A DNA stretch of 52,471 nucleotides from Patescibacteria group bacterium (lineage in GTDB: Bacteria > Patescibacteriota > Minisyncoccia > Minisyncoccales > RBG-13-36-15): the NCBI GenBank assembly GCA_022574775.1, contig JACZRI010000005.1, positions 1 through 52,471 of the forward strand, in the 5' to 3' direction. The notes beneath the pieces were generated by a model. That model was not told the origin of the DNA. It made no database searches and was given only the letters and a program-made list of their open reading frames with translations. Below are positions 28,150 through 36,696 of this stretch, in pieces. The position numbers were made by a program, and so were the translations under genes. How positions within the stretch are numbered: the stretch's first letter is position 1; the number at the start of each line of letters is the position of its first letter.

Positions 28150-28674
28150 ATGGATCTATTTATTTTTCAACAAATTAATCAATTTGTTTTCAAATGGCTT
28201 TGGCTGGATACTTTTGCTATTTTTTTCGCAAAATATTTTGGATATATTTTAGTCATTTTACTAGTTTTATTTTTATTTAAAAATTTTAAAAAATACTGGC
28301 AGATGGTGGTTTCGGCTCTTTTAGCTGCTATTTTAGCCAGATTGGTAATTGTAGAAATTATCCGTTATTTCTTGCCAAGAGCTCGGCCGTTTGTTGAGAA
28401 TTCAATCAATGTATTAATCAACCATTCGCAAGAATCCGCTTTTCCTTCAGGACACGCTTCTTTCTTTTTTGCTATTGCCACAATTGTCTATTTTTACAAC
28501 AAAAAAGCCGGCATTTTCTTTTTTTTAGCCAGTTTTTTAATTGGTTTAGCCAGAGTCTTTTCTGGAATTCATTGGCCATCAGATATTTTGATTGGGGCTT
28601 TGGTTGGAATTCTTTCTGCCCATCTTTTGATAAGGATTTTAAAAAAATTTGCTTTTTTAAATAACTTTTTATAA
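28150..28674 (+). CDS. PAP2 family phosphatase (undecaprenyl-PP phosphatase-like)
   Basis: RARPF, FPSGHA, ARVFSGIHWPSD. Confidence 0.92.
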   Translation: MDLFIFQQINQFVFKWLWLDTFAIFFAKYFGYILVILLVLFLFKNFKKYWQMVVSALLAAILARLVIVEIIRYFLPRARPFVENSINVLINHSQESAFPSGHASFFFAIATIVYFYNKKAGIFFFLASFLIGLARVFSGIHWPSDILIGALVGILSAHLLIRILKKFAFLNNFL

Positions 28675-28685
28675 AATAAGATAAC

Positions 28686-29516
28686 ATGTTTGATTTTGAT
28701 TTCCAAACAATTTTGCAATCTATTCTTCAATGGTTTCTGAACCCTGGCCTGAGAATTTTCGCAATTATTATCGGCGGCATTATTGTATATAAAATTTTTA
28801 AAAAATTCAGCCTGCATTTAATAGGAGTTATAACCAAAAAAACTTACGCTGATCAAGATGAAGAGGCTTTAGAGAAAAGAACTAAAACTCTGGCTCAAAT
28901 TTTTTTGATGGCCGGAAAAATAATGATTATGTCGATAGTTGCTCTAATGATTCTTCCAGAATTCGGAATCAATATTGGAGCGCTTTTAGCTGGATTAGGA
29001 GTTTTAGGATTGGCGATCGGCTTTGGTTCTCAAAGTTTGGTCAAAGATATAGTTTCCGGCCTCTTTATTTTAATAGAAGACCAATATCGAGTGGGAGACT
29101 GGGTTAATATTGACGGCACCGAGGGAAAAGTGGAAGATATTAATCTCAGGCGAACCATTCTTCGGGGGTTGAACGGCGTTCAATATTTTATTATCCACAG
29201 TACTATCAAGAAAGTTTCTAATTTGAGTAAAGGATTTTCCCGAGTAGATATGAATATTGCTTTGGGTTATGAAGTTAATCTTGATCGGGCAATAGAAATT
29301 ATAAATAAAACCGGCAAGGCATTAGCCCAAGATACTCAATTTCGCGCCATTATTACCAAACCTCCGGAAGTTTTAGGAATAGAAAATATTGAAGGGGATA
29401 AGGTATCGTTAAGAATTCTAGGTGATACAAAACCTGGAAAACATTGGGAAGTTGCCAGAGAACTGAGAAAAAGAATCAAAGAAACATTAACTAAAGAAGA
29501 AATAACAATGAAGTAA
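28686..29516 (+). CDS. Small-conductance mechanosensitive channel (MscS family)
   Basis: GLAIGFGSQSLVKDIVSGLFILIEDQYRVGD. Confidence 0.93.
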   Translation: MFDFDFQTILQSILQWFLNPGLRIFAIIIGGIIVYKIFKKFSLHLIGVITKKTYADQDEEALEKRTKTLAQIFLMAGKIMIMSIVALMILPEFGINIGALLAGLGVLGLAIGFGSQSLVKDIVSGLFILIEDQYRVGDWVNIDGTEGKVEDINLRRTILRGLNGVQYFIIHSTIKKVSNLSKGFSRVDMNIALGYEVNLDRAIEIINKTGKALAQDTQFRAIITKPPEVLGIENIEGDKVSLRILGDTKPGKHWEVARELRKRIKETLTKEEITMK

Positions 29517-29543
29517 AAATAATATCGGAGTAATTTTAACAAG

Positions 29544-29565
29544 AAAGCCCTTTTCGGGCTTTTTT
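29544..29565. terminator. Bidirectional terminator between mscS and the tRNA
   Basis: aaagccc-tttt(c)-gggctttttt. Confidence 0.75.
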
Positions 29566-29571
29566 ATTTAG

Positions 29572-29655
29572 TGCCGCGGGAGGGACTCGAACCCACACGA
29601 CCTCTCGGTCATACGATTTTGAGTCGTACGCGTAAACCAATTCCGCCACCGCGGC
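29572..29655 (-). tRNA. tRNA-Leu (CAA)
   Basis: GCCGCGG acceptor stem, TGGCGGAATTGG D-arm, anticodon loop CTCAAAA, long variable arm, GGTTCGAGTCC; CCA not encoded. Confidence 0.96.
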
Positions 29656-29680
29656 TCATTCTAACTTATCAAATTTTCAC

Positions 29681-31783
29681 TCATTTTTCAACTTTAAAAC
29701 CGCACTCTTTATTAGAACATTTAATCTGCTTTCTCGGAGTTTCAACTAAAAGTGAGTTACATTGAGAGCATTTTTCTCCGGTAGGTCTATTCCATAAAGC
29801 AAAATCGCATTTTGGGTACGTGTTGCAGGCATAAAAAATTTTTTTCTTTCTGGTTCTTTTTTCAATAATCTCGCCATTTTCGCATTTTGGACATTTAATT
29901 CCCAAGGTTATTTTTTCAAGAGCTTCTGTGTATCTGCATTCTGGAAATTTGGAACAGGCATAAAACCTTCCAAATCTTCCTAATTTAATTATCAGAGGAG
30001 AACCGCATTCAGGACAAATTTTTTCTGTTTTTTCTTCTGCGATTTCTTTTTTTGAAACCTCTTCGTATTTTTTCTGGAGGTTTTCTTCAAAAGGGCCGTA
30101 AAATTCTTTTAAAACCTTTACCCATTGCTCCTTTCCCTGGGCTATTTTATCTAAATTATCTTCCATTCCTGCTGTAAATTTAATATCAACAATTTTTGGA
30201 AAATGATTTACCAAAAGATCGTTAACCACGGTTCCTATTTCGGTAGGTCGGAATTTTTTCTGGTCGTCTTTCTCAATATAATTTCTTTCTTGAATTACTG
30301 ATAGGGTTGGGGCGTATGTTGAGGGCCTGCCAATTCCATTCTCTTCCAGAGTTTTAATAAGAGTAGCTTCAGTGTATCTTGGAGGTGGCTGGGTGAAATG
30401 TTGAGAATTAACGAGCTTTATAAGTTCTAAGGTTTCTTTTTCCTTTAATTGCGGTAGTTTTTTCTCTTCAAATTTAATTGGGTAGATTTTTAAAAAACCA
30501 TCAAATTTTAAAATAGATCCATTTGCCTGAAAGATATAATTTTTATCTCCTGCTTTTTGTTTTTTACCTTTAGTTTCAATCTCAACTTTTGTTGAGTCAA
30601 AACTGGCTTGCGCCATTTGGCAGGCAGTAAACCTTCGCCAGATAATGTCATAGAGTTTCAATTGGTTTTGGTCTAATTTTTCCTTGCCCTTCATAGCTTT
30701 CTTGTCCGCAGAAGCTTTAGCGGAGGCGGAAGCGAAGGAGGATGGAACTCGATTCGGATACGCAGGCCTGATAGCCTCATGAGCTTCTTGTACTCTGCCT
30801 TTTGCTTTGTATTTTCTCAAAAAACCTGCCCAGTATTTTTTACCATAATTTTGAGTAATAAATTTTTTCGCAGCAAAAAGAGAAAAATCGGAAAGATTAA
30901 AAGAATCGGTCCTGTGGTACGTTGTCAGTCCCTTTTCATAGAGCTGCTGGGCAATTCTCATCGTAAATTTAACTGGAAACCTAAACCTTTTCCAAGCTTC
31001 CTGCTGCAATGTACTGGTAATGAAAGGAGGCAGGGGATTTCTATTTACTTCTTTTTTTTCAATATTTACTATTTTATATTCAGCGTTTTCTAAGTCTTTT
31101 ACGATTTTCTCTGCTTCTTTTTTTGTTTTGATTCCCAGTTTCGGAATTACTTTTCCATCCTTCTTGGCCAATAGCGCCTCAAACTTATCATCCTTTAGTT
31201 TTTGTAGTAAGGCTGCGATAGTCCAGTATTCTTGTGGAACAAAATTTTCAATTTCTCTTTCTCTTTCTACAACCAACCTTACTGTTACAGATTGCACTCT
31301 TCCTGCAGATAGTCCTCTTGCTACTTTTTTCCAAAGAAAAGGAGATAGTTTATAGCCTACAATCCGATCTAAAATTCTTCTTGCCTGCTGGGCATTGACT
31401 AGTTTCATATCAATTTTTCTTGGATTTTTTAACGCTTCTTCGATTGCCTGTTTCGTAATTTCATGGAACACAATCCTTGAGGCGTCTTTTAGTCCTAAAG
31501 CTTTCATTAAATGCCAGGCAATGGCTTCTCCTTCTCTGTCTTCATCAGTTGCCAGAATGGTTGATTCTGTATTCTGCACTGATTTTTTTAAAGATGTAAT
31601 TGTTTTTCTCGCTTTCGTGGGGATAACGTACTTTGGCTCAAAATCCTTTTCAATATCAACGCCAAATTCACCTTTTGGCAGATCTCGAATATGGCCGTAG
31701 GAAGACAAAACTAGGAATTTTTTTCCTAAAAATTGCTGAAGTGTATTTGCTTTAGTTGGGCTTTCTACTATTACTAAGTCCAT
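29681..31783 (-). CDS. topA: DNA topoisomerase I
   Basis: LVIVESP.KA, GHIRDL, ATDEDREGE, SAGRVQS, TYHRTDS, C-terminal zinc ribbons. Confidence 0.97.
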   Translation of the reverse strand: MDLVIVESPTKANTLQQFLGKKFLVLSSYGHIRDLPKGEFGVDIEKDFEPKYVIPTKARKTITSLKKSVQNTESTILATDEDREGEAIAWHLMKALGLKDASRIVFHEITKQAIEEALKNPRKIDMKLVNAQQARRILDRIVGYKLSPFLWKKVARGLSAGRVQSVTVRLVVEREREIENFVPQEYWTIAALLQKLKDDKFEALLAKKDGKVIPKLGIKTKKEAEKIVKDLENAEYKIVNIEKKEVNRNPLPPFITSTLQQEAWKRFRFPVKFTMRIAQQLYEKGLTTYHRTDSFNLSDFSLFAAKKFITQNYGKKYWAGFLRKYKAKGRVQEAHEAIRPAYPNRVPSSFASASAKASADKKAMKGKEKLDQNQLKLYDIIWRRFTACQMAQASFDSTKVEIETKGKKQKAGDKNYIFQANGSILKFDGFLKIYPIKFEEKKLPQLKEKETLELIKLVNSQHFTQPPPRYTEATLIKTLEENGIGRPSTYAPTLSVIQERNYIEKDDQKKFRPTEIGTVVNDLLVNHFPKIVDIKFTAGMEDNLDKIAQGKEQWVKVLKEFYGPFEENLQKKYEEVSKKEIAEEKTEKICPECGSPLIIKLGRFGRFYACSKFPECRYTEALEKITLGIKCPKCENGEIIEKRTRKKKIFYACNTYPKCDFALWNRPTGEKCSQCNSLLVETPRKQIKCSNKECGFKVEK
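30683..30741 (-). repeat. Family D palindrome nested in itself, in-frame within topA
   Basis: Outer cttgcccttcatagcttt^agcgaaggagg is split by the 30-bp inner cttgtccgcagaagctttagcggaggcgga. Confidence 0.85.
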
Positions 31784-31799
31784 AAATTTCAATACTTTA

Positions 31800-32663
31800 C
31801 TATTTTTTAAGAGAGTAAATTCCTCCCCCTAAATTTCTTATTTTTCCTTTGATTTCTAAAATAGCTAAGAAGGAATTTACGGTAGCAGGAGCCAGCCCTG
31901 TTTTTTTGATAATTTTATCAATGTTTAAAGCTTCCTCCATCAACATTATTAATATCAATTCTTCTTCTTTTGTATCTCCTTTCAGTTCCTTTTTTTTCCC
32001 CATTCTTGGGAGATTTAATTCTTTCAAAATGTCTTCCGCGCTTACTACTAATTTTACCCCTTTTTTGATTAAAATATGAGGGCCCCGAGAATTTGGAGAA
32101 TAAATGGAACCTGGGACAGTAAAGACTCTCCTTTTTTGTTTGAAAGCATCATTGGCCGTAATTAAAGCTCCTGACTTTTCTTTAGCTTCAACTACAAGAA
32201 CTCCGAGGGATAGTCCAGAAATTATTCTGTTTCTCCGAGGAAAATTTTGTTTCAATCCTGGAGTTCCTGGAGGATATTCTGAAATTAAACATCCCCCTGA
32301 TTCAATAATTTGTTTGGCTAATTTTACGTTTGATTGAGGATAGATGCTTTTTTCGTCAATACCAGTTCCTAAAACCGCGATAGTCCTTCCGCCATTTTCA
32401 ATAGTTGCCTGATGCGAGAAAGTATCAATGCCAGGCGCTAATCCCGACACAATAGTTAAACCAGCTTCAGCCAAATCTCCTGCAATTTCAAAAGCTACTT
32501 GTTTTCCATAGGGCGAGAATCTCCTTGTCCCAACCACCCCAAAACAGATATCATCAGGATTAAGTTCACCCTTAATATAGAGTGTTTTTGGAGGATCATA
32601 AATTTTTTTTAATAGTTTAGGATATTCTTTATCTTTTATATTCAGAGTTCTTATATCTTCCAT
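31800..32663 (-). CDS. dprA: DNA-processing protein DprA
   Basis: VGTR..S.YG, VSGLA.GID, FPRRNRIISGLS, EA.EKSGALIT. Confidence 0.96.
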   Translation of the reverse strand: MEDIRTLNIKDKEYPKLLKKIYDPPKTLYIKGELNPDDICFGVVGTRRFSPYGKQVAFEIAGDLAEAGLTIVSGLAPGIDTFSHQATIENGGRTIAVLGTGIDEKSIYPQSNVKLAKQIIESGGCLISEYPPGTPGLKQNFPRRNRIISGLSLGVLVVEAKEKSGALITANDAFKQKRRVFTVPGSIYSPNSRGPHILIKKGVKLVVSAEDILKELNLPRMGKKKELKGDTKEEELILIMLMEEALNIDKIIKKTGLAPATVNSFLAILEIKGKIRNLGGGIYSLKK

Positions 32664-32708
32664 TAAAGAGAGTGTAGCACTAAATTTAAAATTTATAAAT
32701 TTTGCAAC

Positions 32709-34694
32709 TTATAACTTGCTCTTTTTTATTTTTTCAATAGCATCAGATAGCATCTGGCAATATAAATTCAACCCCACAGCATTCATACTTCCAGACTGTT
32801 CCTTTCCTAAAATATTTCCTGCGCCTCTCATTTCCAAATCTTTTAATGCAATTTTGTAGCCAGACCCTAACTCTGTTGCTTTTTTTAAGGTTTGTAATCT
32901 TTCTTTCGCCAAGTCAGACATATGTTCACTGTGAAAGAAGTAAGCAAATCCCTGTAGATGAGACCTGCCAATTCTCCCTCTTATTTGATAAGCTTGCGCT
33001 AAGCCCAGTTTGGTTGCTTCGGCTACAATGAGAGTATTTACATTCGGTAAATCCAAGCCGTTTTCAATGATGGTGGTAGCAACTAAGATATCAGTTTTTC
33101 TATTTTGAAAATCAGTCATTACTTTTACTAATTTTTTTTCTTTTAACCTGCCATGGGCAATATCAATTATTGTCTTGGGAAACAAATTTTCCAAGAAATT
33201 TTTTACTTTTTCAATTGTTTTTACTTGATTATGCAAATAATATACTTGTCCTCCTCTTGAAATTTCTTTTTCTACAGCATTTTGAATAGTTTTCCTTGAC
33301 CAGGGCAAGACAAAAGTTTTTATTGGCAATCTTCCTACCGGAGGTGTTTGAATCAAACTGATTGTTTTAATGGAAGAAATAGATAGATATAATGTTCGTG
33401 GGATAGGGGTTGCGGAAAGAGACAAGATATCCAGTTGAGTTCTTATTTTTTTTAATTTTTCTTTTTGTTTTACCCCAAATCTTTGCTCATCATCAATAAT
33501 TAACAACCCTAACCCTTCAGCTTTTTCAAATAGGTGCGGGGCAACATCTTTAGATAAAATTCGATGAGTGCCAATTAAGATATCAGTTTTTCCTGATTTT
33601 AAATCTTCAATGATTTTTTTTTGCTCTAATTTTGTTTGAAACCTTGATAATAACTGAATTTTTATTGGGAATTTTTCTAATCTTGTTTTGAAACTTTGGA
33701 AATGCTGATTTGCTAAAATGGTTGTCGGGCAAATAATAGCTGCTTGCCTGCCGGACTTTACTGCTTTTACTGCCGCTCTTAAGGCAACCTCTGTTTTTCC
33801 AAATCCGACATCGCCGCATACCAGTCTATCCATAGGAAATTCTTTTTCCAAATCTCTTTTTATATCTTCAATAGTTTTAGCTTGATCTGGTGTTTCCAGA
33901 TATTGAAACGAGCTCGCCAATTGAAAATCAATTTCATCGTCTGGCAGATATGGAGGACGTTTTTCGATTTCTCTTTTGGCATAAATATTTAAAAGTTCTC
34001 CGGCAAATTTTATAGCATCTTCTTTTATTTTCTTTTTCGTCTTTTGCCAGGCAAGGCTTCCCAAACGTGAGACTCTTGGAGTTACAAAACCAACATAGCG
34101 GGACAGTTTTCTTTCCAAGCCTACCGGAACATATAGTTTATCTCCCTGGGCATACTCCAACTGATAGTATTGTTTACCGTTAATTATTAATTGTTGATTG
34201 TGAATTCCTATGCCGTGATCTAAATGAACTATATAATCTCCCGGTTTTAGCCCTTTCAAATCTGAAAATAACTTTTGAGATTTTAATTTCTTTTTTAAAA
34301 TTTTTTTTATTGATACTTCGTTCTCAATTTGAATTGATAGTTTTTCAATATGTTCAATTTTATTTCCAAAGAATTCAAAACGAATGGCATGATTAGAATT
34401 TATAGGGAAAACATCAATAATTCCTCCTCTCTGGGAAAACTCTCCTGGTTCTGAAACTTGGAAAACCTTTTCGTAGCCCATTTCATCTAATTTTCTCAAA
34501 AACTGAGAAAAATGATACGATTGATTTTTTTCTACAAATATAGTATTGTCTTGAAAAAAAGTTTGCGTTTTCCTAGCTTCTAAAATTTTCTCTAAATTTT
34601 TTTCAAACCAAAAATTTTCCCTTTCCAAGAAGTAAGGGGTTATACCGGCAATAAAGGCTCTCCTGATAGTATCTGTACTTGACAATTCAATCAC
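32709..34694 (-). CDS. mfd: Transcription-repair coupling factor (shortened)
   Basis: GEFSQRGGIIDVF, VHLDHGIG (CarD-like RID), MDRLVCGDVGFGKTE, DDEQRFG, QIRGRIGR, DLEMRGAGN. Confidence 0.9.
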   Translation of the reverse strand: MIELSSTDTIRRAFIAGITPYFLERENFWFEKNLEKILEARKTQTFFQDNTIFVEKNQSYHFSQFLRKLDEMGYEKVFQVSEPGEFSQRGGIIDVFPINSNHAIRFEFFGNKIEHIEKLSIQIENEVSIKKILKKKLKSQKLFSDLKGLKPGDYIVHLDHGIGIHNQQLIINGKQYYQLEYAQGDKLYVPVGLERKLSRYVGFVTPRVSRLGSLAWQKTKKKIKEDAIKFAGELLNIYAKREIEKRPPYLPDDEIDFQLASSFQYLETPDQAKTIEDIKRDLEKEFPMDRLVCGDVGFGKTEVALRAAVKAVKSGRQAAIICPTTILANQHFQSFKTRLEKFPIKIQLLSRFQTKLEQKKIIEDLKSGKTDILIGTHRILSKDVAPHLFEKAEGLGLLIIDDEQRFGVKQKEKLKKIRTQLDILSLSATPIPRTLYLSISSIKTISLIQTPPVGRLPIKTFVLPWSRKTIQNAVEKEISRGGQVYYLHNQVKTIEKVKNFLENLFPKTIIDIAHGRLKEKKLVKVMTDFQNRKTDILVATTIIENGLDLPNVNTLIVAEATKLGLAQAYQIRGRIGRSHLQGFAYFFHSEHMSDLAKERLQTLKKATELGSGYKIALKDLEMRGAGNILGKEQSGSMNAVGLNLYCQMLSDAIEKIKKSKL

Positions 34695-34707
34695 TATAAA
34701 TTATAAT
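34679..34707 (+). promoter_or_regulatory. Perfect sigma70 consensus promoter
   Basis: TTGACA(34679-84)-17nt-TATAAT(34702-07), overlapping the mfd start on the opposite strand. Confidence 0.8.
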
Positions 34708-34713
34708 ATAATA

Positions 34714-34905
34714 TTTAAGAGAAGGAGTCAAAAAAGAGATATTCTCCGGCCTGTCTGGGAGAAGCTTCCCGCCACAGTTTCTTTGAAATTGCGGATGTGG
34801 TAAAATAGGCAATCCCTCCTTCGCCTAAAGCACTTACTTAGGATTCGCTGGAAAATTTCAGTTTGATCCTAGGACTCTCAGACAGACCGGAGGGTTAGCT
34901 CTTTA
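34714..34905 (+). ncRNA. Candidate structured RNA C / long leader
   Basis: 18-bp closing stem 34744-34761/34875-34892 enclosing three hairpins, directly downstream of a consensus promoter. Confidence 0.6.
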
Positions 34906-34927
34906 TATTCTCAATAGGAGGTGGATA

Positions 34928-35514
34928 GTGAAGCAGAGTTCGTTGATTGTCATTCTGATTTCTATAATCGTTCTAGTAGTTTTAGCATTTCGTGATTTTG
35001 GCAACGAGCAGTCAATAGAGAACAGATATTTTTCTGCTAATTCAGTTCAAGAACAAGAACAGGTTATTAAGCCGCAACCGACTTTGATAGGTACGAGGTG
35101 TCCTACGGCCTCCATGTCGGACTTTGGCCTGGCACTGTTCAACGCTATCAACAATGAGCGGATACAGGCAGGGATATCAGTTTTAGGTGCTTACGGATGC
35201 GCGGTCTATGTTGCCCAACTCCGCTCCGACGACCTGGCCAGTCTCAACTATTTCGCCCACACCAGCCCGAACGGCGACACCGCGTTCTTGCTGCTGGACG
35301 CCAATCGCGTACCGCACGGCTGGGCAGGAGAGAACCTGGCCCGCAATAACTACCATGACGATCAGACGGTGGCAGTCGCTATCAGTGATTTGATGGTGAG
35401 CGAGGGTCACCGAGCGAATATCCTGAAAGCAGCTTTACTCACTTGGACGTCGCAGTGGCTATCGACGGGACAGGTATGAAATACTACACCATGATTTTCA
35501 TTGGTCCGCCCTAG
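34928..35514 (+). pseudogene. CAP/SCP-domain secreted protein, frameshifted near 35427
   Basis: INNER, YFAHTSP, GENLA, SEGHRANIL; the C-terminus SSFTHLDVAVAIDGTGMKYYTMIFIGPP* lies in another frame. Confidence 0.8.
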
Positions 35515-35544
35515 CTCATTGAAAAGGAAGAAAAAGGAGGAGAG

Positions 35545-35922
35545 ATGCAGATCTTTGAGCTGAAAAGAAGCTTGGCAAATATTTTGGAAATACCAGAAGA
35601 TCCAGTAAGGTGGGTAGGGATATCATTATTGAATCAAGAAAAGTTCCTTGGACAAAGGTCTTCCCCTAAAATGCTGGCAATGTTAGTAAGGGCTTTTTCT
35701 TTAGAATTTGTATGGGAAGAATTTGAGGAAGTATTGAAAAAAGCGGGCAAAGATTTAAATACTGAGCTTTCGCATGAGGAAATAGAAATATTAGTTGATT
35801 TAACTAAGCAGTTCTTTGATGAAGTAGAAATAGCCAGGTATGGACGAATGTCGAGTGTAGAAATTAGGAAAGATAAAGATGTGTTCCTCGAGGCGGTTTC
35901 GGTTGTTAAAAGTTCTTTATAA
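35545..35922 (+). CDS. Hypothetical protein
   Basis: AAGGAGG SD; 125 aa; terminator follows. Confidence 0.65.
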   Translation: MQIFELKRSLANILEIPEDPVRWVGISLLNQEKFLGQRSSPKMLAMLVRAFSLEFVWEEFEEVLKKAGKDLNTELSHEEIEILVDLTKQFFDEVEIARYGRMSSVEIRKDKDVFLEAVSVVKSSL

Positions 35923-35923
35923 G

Positions 35924-35952
35924 AAGGCTGGTTCTTTGAGCCAGCTTTTTTG
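35924..35952. terminator. Terminator between the hypothetical gene and pth
   Basis: ggctggttc-ttt-gagccagc followed by tttttt. Confidence 0.7.
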
Positions 35953-35954
35953 TT

Positions 35955-36614
35955 TCACTGATTATATTTTTGCCGAGCTTTTTCTATTCCTTCTTTAATT
36001 ATCATTTCAATTACGAGAAAACTTTTTTTAATAATTTCTTTTATTTTTCCCTCCTCTTTTTTGTTAAATTTTTCGAGAACAAATTTATCTACACCTTTTG
36101 GTTTAAAATCTTGAGGGCAAATTCCAATTCTTACTCTGATAAAATTTTTCGTTCCCAATTCCTTGATTATTGATTCAACTCCTTTGTGACCGGCTGATCC
36201 TCTGTCAATTGAGATTCGAACCGTTCCCAAGGGTAAATCGATGTCGTCGTGTACTACAATTAAGCTTGTATTTTGCCGCCTTTGGCGTCGCCCCTGGCGA
36301 ATCTCGCCAACGGCGGGAGTCTCGCCTCTGGCGGGTATCTTGCCGCCCTTGGCGAGCCTCGCCTCTGGCGGGTATCTTGTAGTCAGGGATTTTACTGCTT
36401 TGCCAGAATTATTCATAAAGGTTTCTGGGAGGGCAAGGATTATTTGTTTTTTATCAAGCACTCCTTTTGAAATAAGGGCATTGAGCCTTTTTTCGATTCT
36501 GAAATCTAAAAAGCGAGATGCCAGTTGCCAACTGTTTATTACCAGCCTGCCAATGTTATGACGAGTATTTTGAAATTTTTTTCCTGGGTTACCTAAGCCT
36601 ACGATTAAAAACAT
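35955..36614 (-). CDS. pth: Peptidyl-tRNA hydrolase
   Basis: LIVGLGNPG, TRHNIG, PETFMNNSG, VVHDDIDL, AGHKG, RVRIGI. Confidence 0.96.
   Translation of the reverse strand: MFLIVGLGNPGKKFQNTRHNIGRLVINSWQLASRFLDFRIEKRLNALISKGVLDKKQIILALPETFMNNSGKAVKSLTTRYPPEARLAKGGKIPARGETPAVGEIRQGRRQRRQNTSLIVVHDDIDLPLGTVRISIDRGSAGHKGVESIIKELGTKNFIRVRIGICPQDFKPKGVDKFVLEKFNKKEEGKIKEIIKKSFLVIEMIIKEGIEKARQKYNQ
36275..36379. repeat. Tandem/nested family A palindromes in-frame within pth
   Basis: ctcgcctctggcgggtatcttg occurs twice; encodes PPEARLAKGGKIPARGETPAVGEIRQGRRQRRQ. Confidence 0.9.
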
Positions 36615-36696
36615 TAATTTATTATATCATTTTTACCTTATCTTGAGCATGCCGAAGTGTTGATAAATAAAAAAAACCTGCTATAATGAAAAAGTT

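Noticed and set aside
29571-29765. 64-aa ORF MPREGLEPTRP
   Set aside because: Reverse-strand translation of tRNA-Leu
35420-35435. Programmed ribosomal frameshift in the CAP gene
   Set aside because: No X XXY YYZ slippery heptamer or clear stimulatory structure; a simple deletion or sequencing error is more likely
36275-36379. CRISPR array
   Set aside because: Units are irregular and nested, with no unique spacers of constant length and no cas genes
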